A DNA stretch of 64,000 nt, from assembly GCA_965248355.1 (NCBI GenBank), contig OZ252098.1, positions 128,001-192,000 of the forward strand. Direction: 5' to 3'. Shown here piece after piece: positions 10,034-19,498 of the stretch (positions are counted from its first letter, which is position 1; every line of letters starts with the position of its first letter). The translations under genes and the position numbers were made by a program. A model generated the notes under the pieces. The model did no database searches. It was not told where the DNA came from and was given only the letters and a program-made list of their open reading frames with translations. Source of the DNA: Candidatus Latescibacterota bacterium. Its GTDB lineage: Bacteria > Latescibacterota > UBA2968 > UBA8231.

Positions 10034-11260
10034 ATGCCGATCCACCAAGGCAGCCGCTGTGGCGCCATCGCCGCCGCCTGCATCGCGACGTTCCTCCTGC
10101 CGTTGGGAGCCGCGTCCGATTCGGACCCTGCCCCCGGCCCGGGGCGTTCGGTTCTCTCTCGCGACGGGGAGCCGCTCTTCGCCCTGGGGATGTACGAGCG
10201 CCCCCGGAACGACGACGAGTGGCGCCGCTGGAAGGAGGCGGGCATCAACATCGTCAAGGCCGGGAACCGGCAGCAGCTCGACGAGAACCGGGAGTGGGGG
10301 ATGTCCGCCACGGTTCACGCCTCCATGATCCTGGCCGACGATGACGACGGCTCGGCCCTCGTCGCCTTCGTCAACGAGCTCAAGGATCACCCGGCGCTGG
10401 CGGTGTGGGAAGCCCCGGATGAGGCGATCTGGTGGGCCTGGCGCCTGGAGCGCGCCCAGCCGCCGCGTTTCTGGGGTCCCCATAAGGACGTCGCCGAGGA
10501 GCGGATCGCGCGGATGGATGCGCTCGTTCGAGGGCTGACCCGGGGCGCCGCGTTGATCCGCGAGCACGATCCCGGGCGCCGCCTGTGGCTGAACGAGGCC
10601 TGCCAGAGCAGCCAGGCGTCGCTGGCCCGTTGCGCGCCGTCGCTGGACATCATCGGATTCGACTACTACCCGATCCCCGCCCGCGACAGTCGTCCCATGC
10701 AGTACATGGGGCTCTACACGGACCGCTTCCACAAGACGGCGCCGCGGTGCGACCTGTGGATCGTGCAGCAGGCCTTCTCCTGGAGCTCCCTGCCCGAGCG
10801 CGAGGGCCCGCACCTCCTGCCGACCCTGGAGCAGATACGCTTCATGGCGTGGCAGTCCATCGCCTACGGCGCCACCGGCGTCTTCTGGTGGGGCTCAGCC
10901 TATGAGGAGGACCGGGAGGCCCTCATGGCGAACCTCCTGCCCGTGGTGTCCGAGCTGTCGCAGCTGCACCCGTTCCTGACGTCGGCCACCATCCACAGCG
11001 TGCGGGCCGTCAACGAACCCAACCGCTATCCGTGGCTGCTCGGCGGGACCGCCGTGGCGCGGCGGCACGGCGAGCGCACGATGCTCGTGCTCATCAACGA
11101 GGACGGGACCCCCGCGGACCTCATCATCCAGGGGCTCGACTGGCTGAATGCCGAGGATCTGCGCCCATTGACGCCGGTCTCGTCCGACCTGACGACGATC
11201 GAAGACGGGATCATCACCATGATGGAGGGCTTCGAGGTGCGGATCTACGTGGATGGTTGA
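10034..11260 (+). CDS. Secreted TIM-barrel glycoside-hydrolase-like protein
   Basis: Signal peptide; GINIV, DHPALAVWEAPDE, DIIGFDYYP, GATGVFWW motifs reminiscent of clan GH-A; GGAGG RBS. Confidence 0.55.
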   Translation: MPIHQGSRCGAIAAACIATFLLPLGAASDSDPAPGPGRSVLSRDGEPLFALGMYERPRNDDEWRRWKEAGINIVKAGNRQQLDENREWGMSATVHASMILADDDDGSALVAFVNELKDHPALAVWEAPDEAIWWAWRLERAQPPRFWGPHKDVAEERIARMDALVRGLTRGAALIREHDPGRRLWLNEACQSSQASLARCAPSLDIIGFDYYPIPARDSRPMQYMGLYTDRFHKTAPRCDLWIVQQAFSWSSLPEREGPHLLPTLEQIRFMAWQSIAYGATGVFWWGSAYEEDREALMANLLPVVSELSQLHPFLTSATIHSVRAVNEPNRYPWLLGGTAVARRHGERTMLVLINEDGTPADLIIQGLDWLNAEDLRPLTPVSSDLTTIEDGIITMMEGFEVRIYVDG

Positions 11261-11335
11261 CCGCGCGAAGAGATCCTCGGCCCGGACCACCAGAGCCTGG
11301 CCGCCTCTCCTGGGCTGAGCGGCGGAGCTGCTCTC

Positions 11336-11827
11336 ATGGGGCCTCTCGACTCTCTGCAAGTCGTCCTGTCGCCCGAGCAGTCGAGTTGGCTCAAGTCCTT
11401 TGCCTTTACGCTGACCATCGAGGGGCCGGTCTTCGTCTGGATGGCGAGGAGACACAGGGCCGACTCCCGCATAACCGTCCGGCGGGCGGCCGCGGCCGGG
11501 GCGTGGGGCACGTGCATGACCCACCCGGTGCTCTGGTTCCTCTGGCCCAGGTTCTACGTGGCCGCCCTCAGCCTCCTGCTCGCGCCGGAGAGCCTCAGGG
11601 AGGAGTACGGGCGACGGGCGATCTTCTTCGTCATGGATCAGCCCCACATCTTCTGGTCCGGAGTCGCCGTCGCCGAGTTGCTCATCGCCTGTATCGAGGG
11701 TTTCACCTTCTGGCTCGCGGCGAGGAGGATACCGCTGTCGAGGGCCATGCTGGCCTCCTTCCTCGCCAACGGGGCGAGCTACGGGCTGGGGCAGCTGGTC
11801 CGGCACCTCTGGCCGGATCTCCTGTGA
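11336..11827 (+). CDS. Small polytopic membrane protein of unknown function
   Basis: Several hydrophobic segments; TLTIEGP, THPVLW, AELL..IEG, SFLANGASY pattern; co-oriented within the operon. Confidence 0.65.
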   Translation: MGPLDSLQVVLSPEQSSWLKSFAFTLTIEGPVFVWMARRHRADSRITVRRAAAAGAWGTCMTHPVLWFLWPRFYVAALSLLLAPESLREEYGRRAIFFVMDQPHIFWSGVAVAELLIACIEGFTFWLAARRIPLSRAMLASFLANGASYGLGQLVRHLWPDLL

Positions 11828-11879
11828 CCATGGGAGGACCACGTCTTCCGACTCGGCCGCAAGCGCCCCGAGGTCATGT

Positions 11880-13769
11880 ATGCTGAATCGAACGTCCCTC
11901 CTGGCACTCTCCGTGACCGTGCTGGCGACAGAACCGGCTTCTGCCGATCCCCTGCCACTGGTGGTCGTGGGAGAACCCGCTTCCATCCTGGTGCTGGCCG
12001 ACGAGCCAACGGCGTCGGCGCGGGATGCCGCCGAAGCCCTGCGGACGTGGATCGAGAAGATGAGCGGCGCCCGCCTGCCCGTCCTGCGGGAGAGCGACGT
12101 CGCCCCGAACCCGGAGTCCGTCCTCATCCTAGTGGGAGATACGGAACGGACCCGCGCTCTGGGCATCGATCCGGAACGGCTCGATCTCGAGCAGGTGCGC
12201 ATCCAGACCTTCCCTGGCGCGGTGGCGGTCCTGGGCGACGACCTCCGTGCGGACGGGCTCCCGCTCAGGGGGACGCTCTTCGCGGCCGGTCTCTTCGCGC
12301 GGGAGGTTCTCGGGATCCGCTGGCTCTGGCCGGACACGCTGGGGGAGATCGTGCCGCGGCGCCAGGAGATCCTGGTGGACGAGGTGCGCATTCGGCAGAC
12401 CCCCCGCTTTCGCCGGCGGGACATGTTCAACCAGGCCTACAACGGCGTATGCCATACCAGGATCGATGCCCTGGGGTGGGACCACGAGCCTTTTCTCGAG
12501 TTCCAGAGGAGAACGGACGAGTGGCAGGCCTTCCACGGCGGGGGCGGCAGCTACAACGGCAGCTTCGGCCACGCCTTCGGGCACTACTGGGACCTCTACC
12601 ACGAGGAACACCCCGACTGGTTCGCCCTGCAGCCGGACGGGACGCGCGACAATGAGGGACCGGCCAACGAGGGCTACCCCAGTCACCGGCTCTGCGTTTC
12701 CAATCCCGGTCTGATCGAACGGATCGCAAGGGACAAGATCGAGCAGCTGAAGCGGAATCCGTCCCTCGACGCCGCCTCGGTCTCCCCCAACGACGGGGGC
12801 CCGCAGACCTTCTGTCTGTGCGAGCGCTGCGAGTCCTGGGACGCCCCCCAGGGGGAGATGATCCGGATGCGCGGCCAGGACGGCCCCATTCCCCACGTCA
12901 CCCTGAGCGATCGTTTCGTCCGCTTCTACAGCGAGATCGCCCGGATCGTGGCGGGGGAACTGCCGGACCGCAACATCGGAGCCTACGCGTACCACTACTA
13001 CACGACTCCACCGATTCAGGCCGACCTCCATCCCAACGTGGTGATCGGCTTCGTGACCGCCATGAGGATGTACGTCAACGAGGACCTGCGTGAGAAGATG
13101 CGCGTCGAGTGGGGGCAGTGGGCCGCCAGGGCCCACCAGCTCTTCCTCTACTCCAACTCCACCTACGCGCTCAACGCCTTCCCCAGTGTGTACGTGCACC
13201 GCCTGGCCGAGGACCTCAGGTTCTACGCGGACAACAACATCGTCTTCGCCCAGTACGACTGCGTGACGGGCCACTGGGGGACCAACGGGCTGAACTACTA
13301 CGTCCTCGCACGCCTGCTCTGGGACCCCTGGCAGGACGTGGACGCCCTCGTGGCGGAGTACTGCACCGCCGCTTTCGGACCGGCCGCGGAGCAGGTGCGC
13401 GGGTATTTAGAAGAGATTGAGCGCATCACCACTTCCGTGGCCGAGGAACGACAGCGCCCCGGCGCGGAGGCGATGGCGCGCCACTACAGCGACGCGACGG
13501 TGGCGGCCCTCACGGCAATGCTCGACGCAGCGGATCGGGCCGCCGCAGGCGACCCCACGATCGAGGCCCGGATCCGGTTCCTGCGCCAGGGACTCGACTA
13601 CGCGCCCATCTGCCGGGACTACATGCTGGCCAGGAAGGCGCTGGAAGGCGGAAACAAGTGGGATTGGCGGGCGTATCGCGAGCAATCGGTCCGGCGCACG
13701 ACCTGGTTCCATCAACTCGGCCCGTCCTGGTCGATCCACGTGCCCTGGCTGATGTACCGGGAACTCTGA
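11880..13769 (+). CDS. Secreted DUF4838-domain protein, paralog 2 (more divergent)
   Basis: Signal peptide; LGIRWLWP, HPDWFAL, LCVSNP, SPNDG..FCLCERC, YAYHYY..PP, YVLARLLWDP, AFGPAA. Confidence 0.82.
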   Translation: MLNRTSLLALSVTVLATEPASADPLPLVVVGEPASILVLADEPTASARDAAEALRTWIEKMSGARLPVLRESDVAPNPESVLILVGDTERTRALGIDPERLDLEQVRIQTFPGAVAVLGDDLRADGLPLRGTLFAAGLFAREVLGIRWLWPDTLGEIVPRRQEILVDEVRIRQTPRFRRRDMFNQAYNGVCHTRIDALGWDHEPFLEFQRRTDEWQAFHGGGGSYNGSFGHAFGHYWDLYHEEHPDWFALQPDGTRDNEGPANEGYPSHRLCVSNPGLIERIARDKIEQLKRNPSLDAASVSPNDGGPQTFCLCERCESWDAPQGEMIRMRGQDGPIPHVTLSDRFVRFYSEIARIVAGELPDRNIGAYAYHYYTTPPIQADLHPNVVIGFVTAMRMYVNEDLREKMRVEWGQWAARAHQLFLYSNSTYALNAFPSVYVHRLAEDLRFYADNNIVFAQYDCVTGHWGTNGLNYYVLARLLWDPWQDVDALVAEYCTAAFGPAAEQVRGYLEEIERITTSVAEERQRPGAEAMARHYSDATVAALTAMLDAADRAAAGDPTIEARIRFLRQGLDYAPICRDYMLARKALEGGNKWDWRAYREQSVRRTTWFHQLGPSWSIHVPWLMYREL

Positions 13770-13814
13770 CGGGTTTCGAGCGGAGGATACCCGGCCACGC
13801 GCCGGGAGGGCCTG

Positions 13815-13837
13815 CTGAGCGGGGAGGGGCCGCTCAG
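13815..13837. terminator. Possible hairpin between convergent genes
   Basis: CTGAGCGG-7 nt-CCGCTCAG inverted repeat; no clear U-tract. Confidence 0.3.
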
Positions 13838-15267
13838 TCGAGGGCCATGATCTGACAGCTTCCTTCGAGCCGCGGCACGCGGAGGACCCGGCCGTCGACC
13901 TCGAGCTCCACCACGGCATCGGTGTCGGTGAAGTCGGTGCGCCGCACCAGCACGCGGTCGTCCCAGCGCAGGGCCGACACCACGGGCCCCGGTTCTTTCG
14001 GTACGGTGAAGGAGACCGGTGTTCCATTGGCCAGGAAGTCCCGGTAGACGTGCGATTCCGCGTACACCTGGTGGGCGAGCTGGGACTCCTTCAGGGCCTG
14101 GTTCTGCGGACTCCACATGAACAGCGCGTCATGGCCGCGCAGCAGCAGGTGCCAGAGCAGCTCGCGGTACTTCTCTTCGCTGAACTGCGGGTGGTCCGGC
14201 GGGGGATCGGAGAGGATCACGGTGTGCCAGTGGACGAAGGTGATCAGCGGAATGTGGGCCGGCGTCGACTTCCCGGCGTTGCTGCCCACCAGCAGCATGT
14301 TGTAGAACCATCGATAGTCGGGCACGTCGAAGTCGTACCAGCCATAGATGTCCTGCCAGGTGTAGACCACCGGCATGGCGAAGGTGTAACCCGTGCCGTC
14401 GAACTCGGGGTACCACTGGCGGTAGCGGGCGCCGCCTTCCACCCGATGGGGCGTGCCCGGGGTGTGCTTCTCGAAGTAGTCGAACCAGTACCGGTACCCG
14501 TTATGGGGATAGACGGCATAGTTGCCCACCAGGGCGCGGGGGAACCGCGCCAGCACGGGCTCGGCGAGCATGTGTCGTTGCAGGTAGCTGCGCTGGCGCC
14601 GGAGGGCGCCCTGGAAGGCGCTGAAGTCGTCGATCTCGGGGATGCGGGCCCGGCAGCGCATGCAGCGGCGCGAGTGGTCCCAGGCCTCGTTCCACTCGAT
14701 GGGGCCGTCGATCTCCCAGTCGGCGAAGATCATGTGGATGTCGAGACCGGCGTCGTCATAGGCCGTGGCGGGCTCGGCGATGCGGCGGCGCATCTCGGTC
14801 GTGCGAGAGTCCACGGCGAAGGGACACCCCATGTGTTGGGGGCCGAAGGAGGGATCGAAGAAGGGCTGGCCGTCGCTGTCCACGTGCGCCGTGCCCTCGT
14901 CGCCATTGAAGAAGGAATAAGTGCAGGAGGTGGCATTGACGGTGATGGGCAGTCCCAGACGCTGCTGGATGGCTCCCAGGCGCAGGGCCCGGTCCAGGGC
15001 CTCGGTGTCGTCGGCGCGCCAGTTCGCGATGGCGGCGATGCCGCGCGCCTCCAGCTGGCGCAGCAGGGTCTCCAGTTCCGCCTCGTCGTCGGTGCCCAGG
15101 TTGTGAGCCGGCCACAGGTAGAGGGGCAGGCGCTCGCCCCGCGGTTGCTCCAGCGGGGCGGTGGTGCGAATGATTTCCTGGATGAGCTGGTCGCTTGTCT
15201 GTGCCATGGTGCGCGTCAAGGCCGCCAGGATGAGCCCAGCGGTCGCGAGGAGCCGGATCGTCGTCAT
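13834..15267 (-). CDS. Secreted hypothetical protein (possible TIM-barrel hydrolase)
   Basis: ATG 15267 with GGAGG RBS; signal peptide MTTIRLLATAGLILAALTRTMAQ; aromatic-rich; DWEIDGP and CMRC motifs. Confidence 0.7.
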   Translation of the reverse strand: MTTIRLLATAGLILAALTRTMAQTSDQLIQEIIRTTAPLEQPRGERLPLYLWPAHNLGTDDEAELETLLRQLEARGIAAIANWRADDTEALDRALRLGAIQQRLGLPITVNATSCTYSFFNGDEGTAHVDSDGQPFFDPSFGPQHMGCPFAVDSRTTEMRRRIAEPATAYDDAGLDIHMIFADWEIDGPIEWNEAWDHSRRCMRCRARIPEIDDFSAFQGALRRQRSYLQRHMLAEPVLARFPRALVGNYAVYPHNGYRYWFDYFEKHTPGTPHRVEGGARYRQWYPEFDGTGYTFAMPVVYTWQDIYGWYDFDVPDYRWFYNMLLVGSNAGKSTPAHIPLITFVHWHTVILSDPPPDHPQFSEEKYRELLWHLLLRGHDALFMWSPQNQALKESQLAHQVYAESHVYRDFLANGTPVSFTVPKEPGPVVSALRWDDRVLVRRTDFTDTDAVVELEVDGRVLRVPRLEGSCQIMALD

Positions 15268-15529
15268 GGTGCCTCCCACCGCATGGCTGGCGCGGGACCG
15301 AGGGGCTGTATTCCGTTGACATTCCCAAGATAGGTGGTGGCGGGAGTGGTGCAAGCCGCCACCTGAGCCGCGGCCTCGAGGCAGGGATCGCCGGCAACCC
15401 GGAGGGAGGCCATCAGGTGTGGGCACGTCGTCCGTCACCGCGAGGCGGCTCGCGGATCGGGTTGTCGCAGCGGCGGGCCTCGAATACGTTGACGCAAGTC
15501 GCCACAACCCGATCTGCACCGGATCGCCC

Positions 15530-17482
15530 ATGTCCCCGGGCCCACATCACGATGTGACATTTCGCGCCATCGCACTCGGTGCGTTGCTGGCCCTGGCGAT
15601 CAACCTGGCCTGCCCGTACAGCGTCCTCGTCCTGCAGAACGCGGGGTTGACCTCGGACTACATCGCGGCCGGCGCCATGATGCTGTTCCTGGTGCTCGTG
15701 GGACTGATCAATCCCGTCCTGAAGTTCGTCCGTACGGGCTGGGGGCTGAGCAGCGCCGAGCTCATCGTGGTCTACGTCATGATGCTCGTGGCCTGCGCGG
15801 TCCCGACATGGGGGCTGGTGACCAACCTGTTCCACATACTCACCCGGCCCTTCTACTACGCCACCCCGGAGAACGGCTGGGTGGATCTGGTGCATCCGCT
15901 CATACCAAGCTGGCTGGCGCCCCGGGACCCCGACGTGGCGCGCTACTTCTACGAGGGGCTCCCGGCAGGCCAGGGGATCCCGTGGAGCCAGTGGGCGGTG
16001 CCCCTGCTGGCGTGGGGGAGCGCCATGCTCGCCGTCTTCCTCCTCATGGTGTGCACCATGGTCATCCTGCGCCGCCCCTGGGTGGAGCAGGAGCGACTGG
16101 TCTTTCCCCTGACCCAGCTTCCCCTCGAGATGCTTCGCGGCGTCGACGACCAGATGGTGCCGTCGCTGTTCAGAAGCCCCCTCATGTGGGCGGGCTTCGC
16201 GCTCCCCTTCGCACTGCAGATGCTCCGCGGTCTGCACCACTACTACTTCTTCATCCCGGAGGTCGAGACCTATCTCGACCCGATCCACCTGTTCCGCAAC
16301 AGTGTCCACCTGCGCATCTTCATCAACTTCGCGATCATCGGCCTCAGCTACTTCCTCAATCTGCAGGTCGCCTTCTCGGTGTGGTTCTTCCACCTGCTGG
16401 GGCGTTTCCAGACCGGCGTGTTCTCGGTCGTGGGCTACGAGCTCCCCGGCCGACACGAGTCGTTGACCGGATCGTCCATCGCCCTGTCCCATCAGGGCAT
16501 GGGGGCCATAATCGTCCTGGTGGCGGCCATCCTCTGGACGGCTCGCGGGCACCTCGCGCGCGTTCTGCGCGCCGCCGTCCGGTGGCGGCGTGACGCCGCC
16601 GACGCCGAGGAGATCCTGTCCTATCGGGCCGCCGTCTGGCTGTGGGTCGCGTGCGCCGCCTACTACTTCGCCTGGCTGCTGCTGACCGGGCTGCCGCCGG
16701 TGGCCGCCGTGGTCTTCCTCCTGGGAGCCCTCACGATCTTCGTGGCCGTCAGCCGGGTGATCGCGCAGGGAGGGGTAGGCTTCACGGCCTCCACCATGGT
16801 ACCCCAGCCCTTTGCGGTCTACACGCTGGGGACGGACCTCATCGGCTGGAAGGGCCTGGCCAGCCTGAGCCTGAGCTATTCATGGGCGGGGGAGATGCGC
16901 ACCACCGTGATGGCTTCCACGGCCAACGGCCTCAAGCTGGCCCACAGCGGCGGCCTGTCGGCGTGCCGGCATCCACGGCGCCTGTTCTGGGCGATCCTGA
17001 TCGCCATCGTCGTCAGCATGGCGGGGGCCACGTGGATCACGTTGCACCTCAACTACACCTACGGCGGCATCAACCTGCGGCAGTTCGGCGTGCCCACCAT
17101 CGCCTACCGGTTCCTCGAGGACAAGCTGCTCAACCCCGTTGGCTGGGATCACATTCAACCGCGCCTGCTCTTCACGGCGGTCGGCGCCGGAGCCATGGGG
17201 TTGCTCATCCATCTGCAGCACCGCCTCCCCTGGTGGCCCCTGCACTACATCGGCCTGCCCATCGGCGACAGCTGGGTGATGGGCTGGGCCTGGTTCTCCG
17301 TATTCCTGGGCTGGCTGATGAAGGGCGTCATCTTCAGGTTCTGGGGAAGTCGAGGGTATCACTTCTTGAAGCCCGTGTTTCTCGGGTTCGTGGCCGGACA
17401 GCTCATGGGCGGCGCCGTGTGGATGGTGGTGGACGCCATCCTGGGGGAGACCGGGAATGTGGTGTACATCGGCGTCCGTTGA
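15530..17482 (+). CDS. Polytopic membrane protein, DUF6785/DUF6784-like (putative transporter)
   Basis: Many TM segments; AELIVVYVM, YYATPEN, W..PL..W, RRPWVEQERLVFPL, WWPLH, KPVFLG motifs. Start taken at ATG 15530. Confidence 0.7.
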   Translation: MSPGPHHDVTFRAIALGALLALAINLACPYSVLVLQNAGLTSDYIAAGAMMLFLVLVGLINPVLKFVRTGWGLSSAELIVVYVMMLVACAVPTWGLVTNLFHILTRPFYYATPENGWVDLVHPLIPSWLAPRDPDVARYFYEGLPAGQGIPWSQWAVPLLAWGSAMLAVFLLMVCTMVILRRPWVEQERLVFPLTQLPLEMLRGVDDQMVPSLFRSPLMWAGFALPFALQMLRGLHHYYFFIPEVETYLDPIHLFRNSVHLRIFINFAIIGLSYFLNLQVAFSVWFFHLLGRFQTGVFSVVGYELPGRHESLTGSSIALSHQGMGAIIVLVAAILWTARGHLARVLRAAVRWRRDAADAEEILSYRAAVWLWVACAAYYFAWLLLTGLPPVAAVVFLLGALTIFVAVSRVIAQGGVGFTASTMVPQPFAVYTLGTDLIGWKGLASLSLSYSWAGEMRTTVMASTANGLKLAHSGGLSACRHPRRLFWAILIAIVVSMAGATWITLHLNYTYGGINLRQFGVPTIAYRFLEDKLLNPVGWDHIQPRLLFTAVGAGAMGLLIHLQHRLPWWPLHYIGLPIGDSWVMGWAWFSVFLGWLMKGVIFRFWGSRGYHFLKPVFLGFVAGQLMGGAVWMVVDAILGETGNVVYIGVR

Positions 17483-17512
17483 GGGCGGCGGCCGCAGAAG
17501 AGGAGGAATACC

Positions 17513-19495
17513 GTGACCAGGCATCCTGAAAGACACCTCGCCACTGCTCTGGTGGCTCTCGCGGCTTTCCTGCCCCCGGTGGCCCGGGCGCAGGTCACCG
17601 TGGTAGTGGACGGGGAACCGCGGGCCGTGGTGGTCACGGCCGAAGTGCCCACGAAGACGGCTGCCTATGCGGTGGAAGAGCTGGTGGAGCACGTACGACT
17701 CGCCACCGGCGTCACTCTGGATGTCGTTCCCGAATCGAAGACGCCGACAGACGTGAACACGCGCATCTACGTGGGGGAGACGGCATCCGCTCTCCGCCAG
17801 GGGATCGACGTGGAGCGCCTGCCCAGGGAGACGTTGGTCATGCGGTCCGTGGGCAACGACCTCTACATCCTGGGAAGGGAGAGCGACGCCGATCCCCTGG
17901 ACCTGGGCAACCCGGACGTGGGCACCCTCTTCGGCGTCTACGAGTTCCTGGAGGAGTTCGTGGGAGTGCGCTGGCTGTGGCCCGGCGAGCTGGGCACGGA
18001 TGTGCCCAGGACAAGGACGATCACGATTCCGGCCGTCAGGCGTATGGAGCAGCCGGCCCTCCTATTCCGCTACATGAGGATTCCCCCGCACGACGTCGAG
18101 GAGGGCAGTGCTGTTGCACGATTGGGGTTCTCACCCCATGTGGCGCGCGACTACGACACGGCGCTGAGGGTGCTCTATCGAAGACACCGGCTGGGCGGAA
18201 GGGATGCGCACCCCCGGGGGGATCACAAATCGATCAGCTGGAACAAGTACGGCGAGAAGCACCCGGAGTGGTTCGTCCTTACCCGGGACGGGAGACGGGG
18301 GAATCCGAAACCGGGGAGGCCGCATCCGTATGTATCGCTGTGTGTGACCAACGAGGAGTTGCAGGACTTCATCGTCGAGCAATGGGATGGGAAGAGGGGC
18401 CTCGTCGTAAGGCCGGTGGACCGGCCGGGCCGGTGCACGTGCGACCCGTGCCGGGCATGGGATGGTCCCCAGCCCGAACCGCCGCCATGGTTTGCCAGGC
18501 TGATGTATGAGGACGACCACGATCCCCAGGTCTTCTACGGTCAGACCTCCGACCGGTACGTCCGTTTCTGGCAGGTGATTCGGGAGAAAGCGGCAAGGCG
18601 GAATCCGAACGTGCGGATCTTCGTCATGTCTCTGTACGAGAACGAGTTCACCGCACCGGTCAACAATGTATACCTCGGCCCGAACTACTACGGCGAGTTC
18701 GTTCAGTGGAGGGATCCTCACCTGCGCTACTTCCCGATGCCCACGGCGGCATTCGAGTGGATGAAGGAGCAGTGGCTTGGCTGGAAGAAGACCGGTATGA
18801 GGATGGGGTACCGGCCCAACTACCTTCTTGACGGCTACGTGTTGCCCCACTTTGAAACCGATCAGTCCGGCGCCTTCTTCAAGTTCGCTTACGAGAACGG
18901 AATGGAAGGCACGGACTTCGACATGAACACCGGGCAGTGGGCGGTGCAGGGGCTCCGGCTCTACATGCACCTGCGGCTGAACAACGATCCGGAACTGGAG
19001 ATCGACGCGATTCGCGACGAGTACTTCTCAGCCTTCGGCCCGGCGGCTGAGAGCGTCAGGCGCTACTGCGACTACTGGGAGGGCTATGCGGTGGAGAACA
19101 CCTTGAACTTCATCCAGGACCTGGAGGTGCGCCGGTACGCGAAATACCCTCTTCAGGCCCACCATGCCTTCCCTCCGGAGGTCTTCGATCCGGCCGTCCC
19201 CATTCTGAAGCAGGCGTTGCACGAGGCGGGCACCAGCCCCCGGCCCGGGTTCGCGGGGCGAGTCAGGTTCCTCCAGGTGGGTCTGGAACACGCCCTTCTG
19301 ACGATCGCCTTCACCGCCATCCACGATGGCAATGCGGAGGTGCCGGAGCAGCGGGTGGACGAAGCCAGGGAGGCCCTGCGCGAGTTGGTGCAGTTCCGAA
19401 AGGATCACCAGCATCTGTTCTTCTCGGACCTCGCCCATGTGACGGGGTACATGGAGAACCGACACCTGGATCTGAGCTACTTCTCCGGGTTGTAG
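17513..19495 (+). CDS. Secreted DUF4838-domain protein, paralog 3 (close to paralog 1)
   Basis: GAGGAGG RBS and GTG start; shares long blocks with 4365..6491, e.g. YGEFVQW.DPHLRYFPMP, QWLGW.KTG.RMGYRPNYL.DGYVLPHF, FFKFAYENGMEG; CTCDPC. Confidence 0.82.
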   Translation: MTRHPERHLATALVALAAFLPPVARAQVTVVVDGEPRAVVVTAEVPTKTAAYAVEELVEHVRLATGVTLDVVPESKTPTDVNTRIYVGETASALRQGIDVERLPRETLVMRSVGNDLYILGRESDADPLDLGNPDVGTLFGVYEFLEEFVGVRWLWPGELGTDVPRTRTITIPAVRRMEQPALLFRYMRIPPHDVEEGSAVARLGFSPHVARDYDTALRVLYRRHRLGGRDAHPRGDHKSISWNKYGEKHPEWFVLTRDGRRGNPKPGRPHPYVSLCVTNEELQDFIVEQWDGKRGLVVRPVDRPGRCTCDPCRAWDGPQPEPPPWFARLMYEDDHDPQVFYGQTSDRYVRFWQVIREKAARRNPNVRIFVMSLYENEFTAPVNNVYLGPNYYGEFVQWRDPHLRYFPMPTAAFEWMKEQWLGWKKTGMRMGYRPNYLLDGYVLPHFETDQSGAFFKFAYENGMEGTDFDMNTGQWAVQGLRLYMHLRLNNDPELEIDAIRDEYFSAFGPAAESVRRYCDYWEGYAVENTLNFIQDLEVRRYAKYPLQAHHAFPPEVFDPAVPILKQALHEAGTSPRPGFAGRVRFLQVGLEHALLTIAFTAIHDGNAEVPEQRVDEAREALRELVQFRKDHQHLFFSDLAHVTGYMENRHLDLSYFSGL

Positions 19496-19498
19496 GGC

